This document shows, piece by piece, positions 11,960 to 23,325 of a stretch of 64,000 nucleotides of DNA; the stretch's first letter is position 1, and every line of letters starts with the position of its first letter. Origin of the DNA: Sphyrna mokarran (Eukaryota). The DNA is taken from positions 29,078,001-29,142,000 of the forward strand of contig JAGIQG010000021.1 in NCBI GenBank assembly GCA_024679065.1, written 5' to 3'. A program made the translations under genes and the position numbers. Under the pieces are notes generated by a model. That model worked only from the letters and a program-made list of their open reading frames with translations, did no database searches and was not told the DNA's origin.

Positions 11960-12630
11960 TGCACTATTAGAGAAATAATTAAGGGGATTAAAACTCCAAT
12001 TGACCCGAATTTCACTTTGCCCATGCCATTTTGAGCTCATTGCATGGGCAGCATAGGCAGGCGACCCACCCAGTATTGATACTTTATAATTAAAGCTCAG
12101 GATAAAATGTTCCTAGTGGAAGAGGAGTTAGGCATTTTAGAGGTAAGGTGAGGTGCTGTTCTGTCATGTGGAAAGTGTGTGTTGGGTACATCAAAGTGTA
12201 AGTCCAACGTGCTTTCTTTTAGCATCAGAAGCTTGAATCCCTCACCCTTTGTGCATGGATGAGCCCCATTAGCCAACTTGCTGATGGGTTTTATACACTC
12301 AGCAGGGAGCACCTCCTTTAAAGAGGAGGAGAGGGAACAGAGATTAAGGACGCAAAGTGGTCACAGGCATCCCCCTCAGGCAGAGGTCCAGGCACACAAA
12401 ACACTCTTTCCACACAACAGAACAGCACCCCATCTTACCCCTAAAATCCTAACATCTTTTCCATTGCTTCCAGTAGGAATATTTTATTCTGAGCTTTAAT
12501 TATAAAGGATCAACACCAGGACGGTCACTTGCTTATGCTGCCCATGAATGAGCTTAAAATGGCATGGGCAAAGTGAAATTTGGGTCAATTGGAGTTTTAA
12601 TCACCTTAATTATTTCACTAATAGTGCAGA
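11960..12630. repeat. Long imperfect inverted repeat (two ~230-bp arms, ~200-bp spacer); probable fold-back non-autonomous DNA transposon interior
   Basis: TGCACTATTAGAGAAATAATTAAGGGGATTAAAACTCCAATTGACCCGAATTTCACTTTGCCCATGCCATTTT from ~11961 is mirrored by AAAATGGCATGGGCAAAGTGAAATTTGGGTCAATTGGAGTTTTAATCACCTTAATTATTTCACTAATAGTGCA ending ~12628; similarity extends inward to ~12190/12390. Confidence 0.9.
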
Positions 12631-12886
12631 CATAGGCTGATAAGGACTATCGGAGAGAGAAAAAGAAGACCACTCCTAGTGCAGAGTGAGAAAAATCAGA
12701 AATTGTGAGCTTGCTGGCAAGATTCACAGTTTCAGATCTTGAGCCCCTGCTGTCATTCCCATGAATGGTAAACATGGACTCACGATTGCCCTGGCTATCT
12801 GTGATCAGGAATTCAATGTACAGGAAGACTGTAACGAAAAATTTCAATGTTTTATAACACTGAAATGAAGGACCAAAGTCAAAGGA

Positions 12887-13017
12887 AGGGATTTTCTGAC
12901 CATGTGCTTCCCATGATTGGAAATTCCCACATGGTCAACAGACTTTTGAATGGATGTCCAAATTCTCTGTCCTATTCATCATGATTCCCACAGTGGTTGG
13001 CGTAGGAAAATTCTGCC
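12887..13017. mobile_element. MITE family A copy
   Basis: GGGGATTTTCTGACC...GGAAATTCCC...GGTCAACAGACTTT...GGAAAATTCTGCC. Confidence 0.65.
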
Positions 13018-13507
13018 AAAATTTCAGAAATAGTCTGACAAAAGTTTTCACCTTCAGAAGCACAATCAAGAACAGTATTATTTTAATTCTTATTCCTTGA
13101 TTATGAATTAGGGTAGCACAGTGGTTAGTACTGCTACCTCACAGCACCAGGGACCTAGATTTAATTCCATCTACTCCATACCTCTTGACACACAGAGCCT
13201 AGGAATGATTTCTTCCCTTCAGCATAGTGATACAGTAACATTACAGTTGTATTTGTATGCTTTAATGCAAGTTTACCAATCTTAGATGACACTGTAAATG
13301 CAGGCTTGGTTTATTTGAAGATATAATCCAGGTTTGCTCAGCAGATAAACTATTCTAAAGATTCAAAGCTATTGTTTACAGGAAAATACGGCTGCAATTC
13401 CTTCACACGTCACGCTGCTGTAAATCGAAAGCTCCACTAAAAATGTCATGGTTTATATACTGGCTGTTCTTTATTAGAATATTCTCTCTTAAAGCAACTC
13501 CACAATA

Positions 13508-13858
13508 GGGGAGGAAGTTGTCAAATGGAATTGTCACTGGACTAGTAATCCAGGCACCCAGGGCAATGTTCTGGTAGGCCCAGTTTCAAATCCCACCACA
13601 GCAGCTGGTGAAATTTGAATTCAATAAAAATCTGGAATTGAAAGTCTAATGATGACAATGAAACCATTGTCAATTGTCATAAAAAATCATTTGCTTCACT
13701 CGTGTGCCTTAGGAAAGGAAATCTGCTGTCCTTAACTGTTCTGACCTACATGTGACTCCAGGTCAAACACTCTCTGAAATAAAGGGCAGTTAGGGATGGG
13801 CAATAAATGCTGGCCCAGCCAATGACACGCAAATCTGGTACAATGAATTTTAAAAAAA
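13508..13858 (+). mobile_element. SINE family C
   Basis: GTCACTGGACTAGTAATCCAG...TTCAAATCCCACCACAGCAG...AGGGATGGGCAATAAATGCTGGCCCAGCC plus A-rich end. Confidence 0.85.
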
Positions 13859-14012
13859 AGTTATAAACATCTTGTTGGAAGAAAGCAAAGTTTAGCAGGG
13901 GTCAGACAATTCTATTTGAAATTTGGCTGCCTTAGTTTAGGACAGAGCAGTGTCAGTGACAGATGTTATGTCGGAAAGTTCCCTTAAAGAGAGAGTTTGC
14001 CCTTCACATGTA

Positions 14013-14140
14013 GAGCAGGATTTTCCAGCCTCAATTGCCCCAAAACCAAAAAATCCCACCCGAAGTCAATGGAACTTCCCATGGTCTGCCCCTTCGCCTG
14101 TTATGATTCCAGTGGCGAGTGGAATGGGGAAATTCAGTCC
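14013..14140. mobile_element. MITE family A copy
   Basis: GAGCAGGATTTTCC...AAATCCCACCCGAAGTCAATGGAAC...GGAAATTCAGTCC. Confidence 0.65.
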
Positions 14141-14916
14141 AAAAAGATGGAAACAGCATTACTGCTTACGAATGTAATAGGAGAACCAATTTTATCTTAA
14201 TTATTGTGAGCATGAATAGAACCATTTCAGAAATAAATATTATATATATTTATTGGAGCATTGCTGACATAGGCACAAATAAATAACAAAAAGAAAAATA
14301 AATTAATTATTCATTTAACATTTTCCTACAATCCTGAGAACTTAATTTGAATCAGGTTTTCCAAAATATGTCATCTTCAGATCCTGCTATTTCATGACTC
14401 GGTTACTAATCCAAACCCTTTCTTTTGAAGATTAACATAAATTCATGCAAAGATTTTTGTTTGCATTTTTAAAACTGGTAGCAAAATAAATACAAGGGAA
14501 ATGGATACTTAGAAGAGATTTATTTTAATCCACGTGGTACGGCATTAACACGTTGGAGAAATGTTATCAGTGCATTTCAGACCTGGCTAAAGCCAAAGGC
14601 TTGGATAAAAATGGAACCTCCAAGTAGCTCTTTGGATTTGATAGCCTTTATCTTTTAGAGACTGCTACTTCTGCTAAATTCATGTTTTCATGCCAAAATT
14701 CTTGTGTATGCGTTGAGGCAAACATACTTTTTTGAAAACCACTTCTCTCCAATATTATTTTATGGAAAAGTGACTCTCATTTAAAATAAAAAGCTATAAT
14801 TCAACAAATATTTGCCAGGGTAATCATATCAGTGTGCATGTCAATGCTGATATAAACAAAACTAACAAATACTGGTGGTATTTGCCTTAAACTATACTTT
14901 TTATTCAGAGTGAAAT

Positions 14917-15210
14917 CATAGAATCCCTACAGCGCAGAAAGAGGCCATTTGACATATTGAGCCGGCACCGATCACGTTCCCACCCAGGCCCTATTCCCAT
15001 AACCCCACTTACTTACACTACTAACCCCCTAACACTAAAGAGCAATTTAGCATGGCCAATCAACCTAATCCATACATCTTTGTGGGATGAAACTCACGCA
15101 GACATGAAGAGAATATACAAACTCGCACAGACAGTGACTCGAGCCAGGAATCAAACACAGGCCCCGGTGCTATGAGGTAATAGTGCTAACCACTGTGCCA
15201 CCGTACTGTC
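14917..15210 (-). mobile_element. HE1-like V-SINE, CR1-type tail
   Basis: CATAGAATCCCTACAG...GGCCATT at left, GTGCTAACCACTGTGCCACCGT at right. Confidence 0.85.
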
Positions 15211-15699
15211 CATCAATGTAGAACAATGCATGCCTAAAATGGGACTGCCCCCATCTGTTTTAACTTCATAAATGACATGAATGCATATACAATTTAAACC
15301 AATTAATTCTGATTTGGAATTTGTCTATCAGTGATGCAAGGCTATTAAGAACTTTATTTTTTGAATCTTTAGTCATATGAAGTCAAAACAAGAAAAATAG
15401 AATGAATTATGATGTAAGGAGAAGTAAATATTAGCTGCTTAACTGCTGTGGGCCTGACTGGACTGACTATAGTTTGAATCATCCAGTCTCAGAAATCATT
15501 GATTCTCTCTATTATCCAAGTTAAGGTTGCTGGTGACCTCTGCGTCTACCCAATAGAGAAGCTGCGATCAGGGCATAGACAAGTATTTTAGAATGGATGC
15601 AGCCAGCATCAAGGTCAATGGACATTTTTAAACTTCTACCCAACCAGCACCCATTGAGTCATATTTATATTCTTACAATGTGCTGACATTTTCTTGGAG

Positions 15700-15960
15700 A
15701 GAACTCAGTAAGAATTTAGCAACACCAATTCTTAATCCAACCGATTTATTTGATAGTAAAAAAGCGAGCTTTCAACACTCTTGTGTCTTCCTCAGGCAAG
15801 TGCAGTGTTCTGGTGACCAGAACACTGCACTTGCCTGAGGAAGACACAAGAGTGTTGAAAGCTCGCTTTTTTACTATCAATCGGTTGGATTAAGAATTGG
15901 TGTTGCTAAATTCTTACTGAGTTCTTACCACCCCAATCCAACGCCGGCATCTTTACATCA
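15700..15960 (+). mobile_element. Penelope-like element (PLE) terminal-repeat relic: near-perfect palindrome plus ~35-nt tail, 13-bp TSD
   Basis: Arms 15700-15814 and 15816-15925 are reverse complements apart from one 5-nt indel; tail ends CCAACGCCGGCATCTTTACATCA; CATTTTCTTGGAG repeated at 15687-15699 and 15959-15971. Confidence 0.85.
15831..15868 (+). ncRNA. Minimal type I hammerhead-ribozyme-like motif in PLE repeat (mirror copy on minus strand ~15762-15799)
   Basis: CTGAGGA (15835-15841), A, stem II GACAC-AAGA-GTGTT, GAAA (15857-15860), palindromic AGCT stem III, UC site. Stem I has only 2 bp, so activity is doubtful. Confidence 0.55.
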
Positions 15961-16249
15961 TTTTCTTGGAGGTCAAGGTGAAGTCAGATTAACTTTTTTT
16001 TGTAGTTTAGGGAGCAATGGTGGCCCAGTGGCATGTTACTGAGCTATTAGTTCAGTAGCCCAACCTCATATTCTGAAGACACAGGTTCAAAACCACCAGG
16101 ATAGCTGGTGGAATCCTGGTGCCATGATTATCTCAGCTGGATTGTTTGGATTCTAGTTTGAGAATTTCTTCCTTTCGGAACAGTTCTTTATAACATCAAA
16201 GAGGTAGAAAGAAGGTTGAAAGTTGTTCTGTAAAAGAAAGGCTAGTCTT

Positions 16250-16470
16250 TTGCAGCCAAAAAAATTACTTTAAAACTATTGGAAATGCAAAAGTCAATGT
16301 CTGCACAGCAAGCTCCCACAGTCAGCCATCTGCTAATGGTTAGATTATCTGTCTTTGAGATGTTGATTTGAGGATTAATATTGGCCAACACATCGGGGCA
16401 TCTCTGCTCTTCAAAATGGCAGCATGAGATCTTGTACATCCACCTGAGATAGCAGACAGGGCTTTGTTTA
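16250..16470 (-). mobile_element. Deu-domain SINE (SacSINE1/AmnSINE1-like), 3' part; split by CR1 insertion
   Basis: TGCACAGCAAGCTCCCACA...GATGTTGATTTGAGGATTAATATTGGCC...CATCCACCTGAGATAGCAGACAGGGC...TTTAA aligns by eye with the intact copy at 31010-31440. Confidence 0.7.
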
Positions 16471-16719
16471 AAATAGAAACCTATGAAATAGGAGCAGAAG
16501 AAGGTTATTCAGCTCTTTGTGCCTGCTCCACCATTCATTATGATCATAGCTGATCATCCAACTCAATAGCCTGATCCCATCTTCCCCCTATATCCTTTGA
16601 TCCCCTTTGCTTCAAGAGATATATCTAACTGCTTCTTGGAAACATTCAATATTTTAGCCTCAATGGCTTTCCATATGCTGACTGCTCTCTGGGTAAAGAA
16701 GTTTCTCCTCATCTTAATC

Positions 16720-18340
16720 AAAAAAAATAAAAACAAAGGAAAAAGAGAAGTACAGCACAGGAACAGGCTCTTTGGCCCTCCAAGCTTGTGCTGATCATGA
16801 TGATCAAATTATACAAAAAAAAACTTCTGCCCTTATTTGGTTCATATCCCTCTATTCCCTCCCTATTTATGTGCTCATCCAGATGCCTTTTAAATGTTGC
16901 TAGCGTGCCTGATTCCACCACCCTTTGTGGCAGCACATTCCAGGCATCTGCCACTCTCTACATGGAAAAAATCCCCCCCGACCACCCCCGTATATCTCCC
17001 TTAAATTTTATCCCTCTCACCTTGAACCTGTGCCCCCTTGTAATTGACACTTCCATTCTTGGAAAAAGCCTCTGACTATCCATTCTCTTTATGCTTCTCA
17101 TAGTTTTGTAGACCTTTATTGGAGAATTTTAGTAATAGGTAGAGGAATTTCAAACAATTAGGGATTTAAGGCATTATAAATTATCAGCACTGAGTGAAAT
17201 AACTCCAGTTCAGGCTATTGTCTGCATGAAGACAGTAAAAGATTTAAACAAATAAGATATTTGAACAAGTATTCCTGATTTAAACGTATTTTGGATTTTA
17301 AAATGTATTTTAGCTTTTTTTTGTGATCTTTAGCCAAAAGCAGGCTGCTGCAGAGCATGATAGGATGAAGACTTAGTGAGACAAACCACATTCTTTAGAA
17401 CAATGAAACCACAAAATGAGGATAGTTTTATCAGCAGAAGTTACAAACAGTATTGTTCCCAAAGTCACGTTATGAATAGGGCTGTTCAAGTTGTCCTGAT
17501 AAGACAGTGCTTCTCAGATGTCAGAACTTCAACTATGGTTTGGCTATTGACGTAAATGAGAGTTGGTGGGAAAGTAACTTTGACCTTTGTGGCTAAGTGT
17601 CTGGGGTTGCTAAGCAATAGGGTGAAGAAACATCCAGATTGTATGGACCAATGAAATCCCATGATGCCAGAAGGTGGAATGAAATTGGCTAAGGTATATG
17701 ACAACCATTAACAGTGATTGAATTGTACTAATGATAACTGATTCATAACTACCGGAATGGTGGGAAAAGTAAAACTTGAGAAAAGTATAATTGTTCTGGT
17801 GCTTATATTGTAAACTCAGAGTGGTTTTGGAATACTCAGGGCCTTCTCTTCAAGAGTGGCATTAGACTGCCCAATGCTAATCTTGCCCTTCGATCATTGG
17901 TCAAATAAATATATGTTTTTAACCAGGACATTAACTTTGTGAGTCTTTGTATTAGCTGAAGTTTTTGGTGATATCTAGTCTCTGAAAAGACCCTATAACA
18001 ACCCCCTTCTTCCCAGTGAAAACAATCCTAGTTTATCCAACCTCTCCCCATAGCCATCACCTTTGTGACCAGCCAACATCCTGGTGAACTTTCTTTGTAC
18101 TCACTCCAAAGCTTCCATGTCCTTCTAGTACTGTGATGACCAATACTCCAAATGTGGCCTAACCAAATTTTTATATATCTGCAACATGATTTCCCAACTC
18201 TTGTACTTAATGCCCTGGCTGATGAAGGCAAGCATGCCGTGGGCCAAAGTATCTTGACCACCTGTGTTGTCTGCACACCCAGATCCCTCTGTTTGGTAAT
18301 GTTCCTATGGGTTCTACCATTTTACAGTATAATTCACACA
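16720..18340 (-). mobile_element. CR1 LINE (copy B) nested in copy A
   Basis: Own 3' end (ACAGCACAGGAACAGGC...); ORF remnant AWNVLPQRVVESGTLATFKRHLDEH; interrupted at 17120-18000. Confidence 0.85.
17120..18000 (+). mobile_element. Unclassified ~880-bp insert in CR1 copy B; candidate solo LTR
   Basis: CR1 sequence stops at ...GACCTTTAT and resumes at ...CCAGTGAAAACAATCCTAG; insert starts TG, ends CTATAACA, AATAAA at 17904-17909; no clear TSD. Confidence 0.45.
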
Positions 18341-19129
18341 GTCCTAAAAGGTTCTGGAGAACATCACCATTGGGAATGTCCTTCCTGCATCTATCCTGTC
18401 TTGTCCTGTTAGAATTCTGTAGGTTTCTATGAGATCCCCCTCGTTCTTCTGGACTTCAGTGAATATATTCTAACCAACTCACTCACTCTTTCCTTATCCC
18501 TCAGCCCCACCATTTCCAGGAATCAGTCTGGTAGACATTGACTGCACTCACTCTACAGCAAGAATTTCATTCCTCAGATAGGGAGACCAAAACTGCACAC
18601 AATATTCCAGGTGTAGTCTCACCAAACGCTTGTATAATTGCAGCAAGACATCCCTGATTCAAATCCTCTCGCTATGAAGGCAAACGTTCCATTTGCCTTC
18701 TTTACCTGCTGCATCTGCATTATTCCCTTCAGCAACTGGAATAAATATTGTCCAATACATCGGGCTACCTCTGCTGTTCAAAATGGCACCATGGGATCCA
18801 TGAGATCATGGACACCCAGAATTCGTTGCATATTCCTTTCTCTTAATTTATAACCATTTAGATAATAATCTGCCTTCTTGTTTTTGATACCAAGAGGAAT
18901 AACCACAAACGTATTCACATTATACTGCATTTGCCATGTAATTGCCCACTCACTCAGTTTGTCCAAATCACACTAAAGGAGCTCTGCATTCTCCTCACAG
19001 CTCACACTGCCCCCCCAGTTTTGTGTCATCTGTAGATATGGAGATATTACATTTAGTTCCCATGTCTAAATCATTAATATATATTGTAAATAACTATGAT
19101 CCAAGCACCGATCCTTTTGGTACCACAAA

Positions 19130-19498
19130 AATGCAATCCCTCCACCACCAACAAACATCTGTGTGTACCATCTACAAGATGAACTGCAGGAATGCACCAA
19201 GGTTCCTTAGACGGCACCTTCCACGCCCATGACCACTAGAAGAACAAGAGCAACAGATATCTGAGATCACCAAGTCACTCACTATCCTGACTTGGAAATA
19301 TATTGCCGTTCCTTCACGATTGCTGGATCAAAATCCTGGAACACTCTCCCTAACAGCAGTGTCTGTGTACCTACACATCAGGGACTGTAGCGGTTTAAGA
19401 AGGCAGTTCACCATCATCTTATCAAGGGCAAGTAGGAATGGGCAATAAATGCTGGTGTAGCCAGCAATGTCTATGTCAGCTAAAATGAATATTTAAAA
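19130..19498 (+). mobile_element. 3' end of a second CR1/L2-group LINE (family B), nested in CR1 copy A
   Basis: CCCTCCACCAC...TACCATCTACAAGATG...AAAATCCTGGAAC...AAGGGCAAGTAGGAATGGGCAATAAATGCTGG; same family at 36042-37780, 59570-59760 and 63055-63275. Confidence 0.8.
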
Positions 19499-19860
19499 AC
19501 TCCACTAGTCACAGCCTTCCATTTGGAAACAGACCAATTTGTTCCTGTCTGCCAACCAGTTTTCTATCTATCACAATACACTGCCCCCAGTCCTACGTAC
19601 TTTAATTTTACATACTAATCTCTTATGTGGGACTTTGTTGAAAACCTTCTGAAAGTTCAAATAAGCCACTCCCCCTGCATCAACTCTACTAGTTACATCC
19701 TTGAAGAATTCCAGTAGATTTGTTGAGATTTCCTTTCTGCAAATCCATGCTGACCCTGTCAGATTCTGCCACTGTTTAATAAGTGCTCTGCTATAAAATG
19801 TTTCATAATGAACTTGAGACTTTTCCCCATTACGAATATCCCACTGACTGGTCCTTATTT

Positions 19861-19950
19861 CATTTCTCAAGAGAAAGATAATATCTTCAACAAAGTTGCG
19901 TTGTCCCAGTATTGTACTGGAATGTCAGCCTTCATTTTTGTGCTCAGGAA
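19861..19950 (-). mobile_element. Deu-domain SINE, continuation of 16250-16470
   Basis: TCTCAAGAGAAAGAT...CCCAGTATTGTACTGGAATGTCAGCC...TTTTGTGCTCA continues the SINE where it broke off. Confidence 0.65.
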
Positions 19951-19964
19951 GACTAAAAAAAAGC

Positions 19965-20630
19965 CATAGAATCCCTATAGTGCAGAAAAAGGTCATTTGG
20001 TCCATTGAGTCTGCACCAACAAAAATCCCACTCAGGCCCTATCCCCACATATTTACACAATAATTCCTCTAATCTACACATCGCAGGACACTAAGGCACA
20101 ATTTAGCTTGGCCAATCCACCTAACCCACACACCTTTGGACTGTGGGAGGAAACCGGAGCACCCGGAGGAAACCCACACAAACACAGGGAGAATGTGCAC
20201 TGTCCATTCAGACAGTGACCCGAGCCAGGAATTGAACCCAGGTCCCTGGAGCTGTGAAGCAACACTGCTAACCACTGTGCTTCCATGACACCCACAAAGT
20301 CTAATGGCAGCAGGGCAAAAGCTGTTCTTCATGGAATCCAACAGTGCAGAAGGAGGCCAATCAGACCATCGAGTCTGCACTGACCACAAACCCACCCAAC
20401 CCCTTTCCCCACAACACCATGCATTTACCCGAGCTAGTCCCCCAACACTAAGTGTAATTTAGCATGGCCAACCCATCTAACCCACAAATCTTTGTAGTAT
20501 GGACAGAAACCCACATAGACATGGGGAGAACATGCAAACTTCACATGGGCAGTGACCCAAGCCAGGAATTGAACCTAGATCCTTGGTGCTGTGAGGCAAC
20601 AATGCTAACCACTGTGCCACTATGCTGCCC
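19965..20630 (-). mobile_element. Two tandem HE1-like V-SINEs separated by a ~35-bp Rex1 remnant
   Basis: Copies ~19965-20290 and ~20330-20630; the spacer reads KNSFCPAAIRL on the minus strand, like the Rex1 ORF end at 51800. Confidence 0.8.
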
Positions 20631-20639
20631 CAAGAAAAA

Positions 20640-20752
20640 TTTAAATTCTCCTATCTTCCCCACCGCAGGAATCATAGCGGGTGAGACGGGAAAACTTGGC
20701 AGACCATTCAAAGGTCCATTGAGCTCAGGCAGGAATTTCCAGAAATCCTGTC
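20640..20752. mobile_element. MITE family A copy (reverse orientation)
   Basis: GACCATTCAAAGGTCCATTGAGCTCAGGCAGGAATTTCC is the reverse complement of the family core. Confidence 0.6.
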
Positions 20753-21654
20753 CCTGGTGTTACAAACTGTGACATTTGTCACCATTCACCCTTTTACTAC
20801 CAAGTGGCACAACAGATTCTCCTCTGCTGGCTTTGTAGACTTCTGGCACCATCTGATCTGAAGGGAAATGAGAGGGGAATTAAGCAACATCATTTTAAAT
20901 ACACAAAATTCCTGTAGTTAATTCAGGGTGTATTTACAGTATCGTGCGACTTAGCTGGTGCTGTAAACGCAGCCTAAATCTAATGTCAGGCCCCAATGTG
21001 ACACTAGAATGAAGCAAAGTACAACTCCTCTTGGGAGGCAGTCTCCTTTCACTTTGCTTTGGAATCAGTTTGGATCTCAATCAGTATTCGATTTACACTC
21101 TAAGGTTAGCTTCAGGGCAAAGCTCTTCTGGCTGCGTACCAGTGCTGAACCTGTGCCTTGTGAATAACACCGTTAGTTACACAGTAGGAGCTAGTTTCAC
21201 AGTGGATATGTTTTACTTACTGTCGTTGGTTGCTGTGGAGAAATCACTTGGAGGCAGCTGTAAACAGATGGTGTTGTGTTACCTGCTGTCTGAAGTTACA
21301 CAGCAATCTAGGAGCCCTCTGGCTTTTAACAGGCCCATTAAATTGCACCAAATTCCAAAGACCTCCTGCTTTTTTGCTCAATATTATTTTTGTGTCTCCC
21401 TATCAATTTCAAATGCCATTATTTAAAACCAGTTGAAAAATTAAAGAGTGGCGTTTGCATGATTTCCACCGTTAAATGGCATCAGTGTAATATTTCAAAG
21501 ATCTATTGGGCGCTGTTGGAATAGATGCTTCAAATTTTAAAACTCCAATAATTTGCAGAGCCACACAGACCTTGATGGGGTTACACAAGATCTTTCCTAA
21601 AACAGCTCGGAATTCTCCAAGTTCTGTCAAAGCGTCTATGGACTCGAATTGACA

Positions 21655-21840
21655 GGTGAGATTATCCAGCTCCCCACCTCCCCAAGCATGTTTCTTGGTG
21701 CTGGAAGGCAGTGCGCTGTTCACTGGCAGTGGGATTCTCCGGTCTCGCCGCTGTCAGGGGGATTTCCCAGCGATGTCATCCCACATTGCCATAAAACTCA
21801 CTGGTGTGTGTGCGCACAGGACCAGAGAATCCTGCTGGCA
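21655..21840. mobile_element. MITE family B
   Basis: GAGATTATCCAG...GCATGTTTC...GGGATTCTCCGGTC...GACCAGAGAATCCTGC; paralogous to 29721-29890. Confidence 0.6.
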
Positions 21841-21864
21841 CGAACAGCCAAGGGAATCCAGGCC

Positions 21865-21968
21865 ACTAACTCTGTTTCTCTCCTAATAGATGCTGGCAGA
21901 CCTGCTGAGACTTTCCAGCATCCTCTATTCTGGCTTCTGATTCCAATATCCACAGTATTTTGCTTACT
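21865..21968 (+). mobile_element. Terminal-repeat relic of a second, probably Penelope-like, family
   Basis: AACTCTGTTTCTCTC...AGATGCTGGCAGACCTGCTGAG...TCCAGCAT...CACAGTATTTTGCTT; related copy at ~32285-32382. Family assignment is from recollection of shark repeats. Confidence 0.55.
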
Positions 21969-22104
21969 TCAGAACTGTCTGACATCTAAGGAACCTGCTT
22001 TCCACTTAGCTAAATGGCCAGGGCCACAGAGATAAATGTTAAAGTGAAAGGAAAACAGGCAATAAAATGGCAAAACTATTTTTCACCATATTTGTCACCC
22101 GTTG

Positions 22105-22350
22105 ACACGGTGGCAGAGTGGTTAGCACTGCTGCCTCACTGTGCCAAGGATCTGGGTTTGATTCCCAGCTTGTCTGCAGAGTTCGCATGTTCTCCCCATG
22201 TCTGTGTGGGTTTCTCCGGCTGCTGGTTAGGTGCGATGGCCCTGATAAATTCTTCCTCAGTGTACCCGGACAGGTATCAGAATGTGGCAACTAGGGGATT
22301 TCACAGTAACTTCATCCCAACTTGTGAAACTAATAAACAGAACAAATAAA
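22105..22350 (+). mobile_element. V-SINE with tail B
   Basis: CACGGTGGCAGAGTGGTTAGCACTGCTGCCTCAC head; GTGGCAACTAGGGGATTTCACAGTAACTTCAT...TTGTGAAACTAATAAA tail. Confidence 0.85.
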
Positions 22351-23104
22351 CTTTAATAAAATGGAGTCTGATTAGGATTTTGTTTTCAAACTTTAATCTG
22401 CTGAAGTGGGCACACACTGCTCACAAACACACTGAGAAAGACCCAGAAGGAGGATGTCAAAACAAACAACGAATTTGCTCGCTTTCTGAAGTTGTGTGAA
22501 TTCAAGGAGCAGTGGCTGGCAGTGAAGCTGCATGGAGTGGATTTTGCTGTGATGTTAACTTCTCCAGTATCAGAAGAAGTCTTCCTAGGAGCTCAGACTC
22601 CAAGGAAGACAACACATCAACCTCACCAACTATCACAGGGTCTTTGGACTGACTGACTGAGCTGTCCTTCCCAGTTATTGTATTAGGAGAAAGATGCTAT
22701 ACCCAATATCACTTTAAACTGTTCAGTTGCATATTCTTCATTGGAAGTGGGAGATTACAACTTTTGGTTAGTTTGCCAACTTTTTTTTCAAGGAACAATT
22801 AAATATTATATCCAATATGAAACGTATTAATAGATGTGCACACATTTTTGTTTGCATTTGCACTGTAGTCTTAATCTGTGTTTGAATTCCAACATTCAAA
22901 TTGTCATTATTCACATCCAGTGACTAATTCTGTTCTAAACTTGCACATCAATTAAATTCTTAATATCACCCAATCAGTGAATGTGCCCTACACAAATCCA
23001 ATGCTCCATTTAACCCAAGTCACATTTCCCACTGCCTGGAGATTCACTTAGGATGGGATTTAAAACTGATGCTCCATTTGTCCCTTCACATTAACATAAG
23101 TGGC

Positions 23105-23325
23105 AATGTGGCAGTATTTTGAAGCAGTGCGCTGGCTAATGTTTATCCCTCAATCACCACCTCTGAAACAGAATATCTAATCATGATCGTTTTGATAGTG
23201 AGATGTTACTGGGTGTAAATTGATTGCCACGTTCATTACATTGTAATGGTGAGTGCCCTTCAAAAGAAATCCATTGCAGGTCTTGAGATCATGAAAGGCA
23301 CTATATAAATGCAAGTTTTCTTTCT
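23105..23325 (+). mobile_element. Deu-domain SINE 3' part
   Basis: CTGGCTAATGTTTATCCCTCAATCACCA...GTGTAAATTGATTGCC...TGAAAGGCACTATATAAATGCAAG. Confidence 0.65.

Larger units (their letters stand above)
16471..19860 (-). mobile_element. CR1 LINE (copy A), interrupted by later insertions
   Basis: 3' end at 16471-16717, resumes ~18340. Minus-strand translations include MDKLSEWAITWQMQYNV and TNLLEFFKDVTSRVD...YLNFQKVFNKVPHKRLVCKIK (CR1 RT). Confidence 0.9.

Noticed and set aside
22405-22660. ~85-codon stop-free plus frame (...EDVKTNNEFARFLKLCEFKEQWLAVKLHG...)
   Set aside because: No early ATG, no convincing splice sites and no family recognised; length is compatible with chance.
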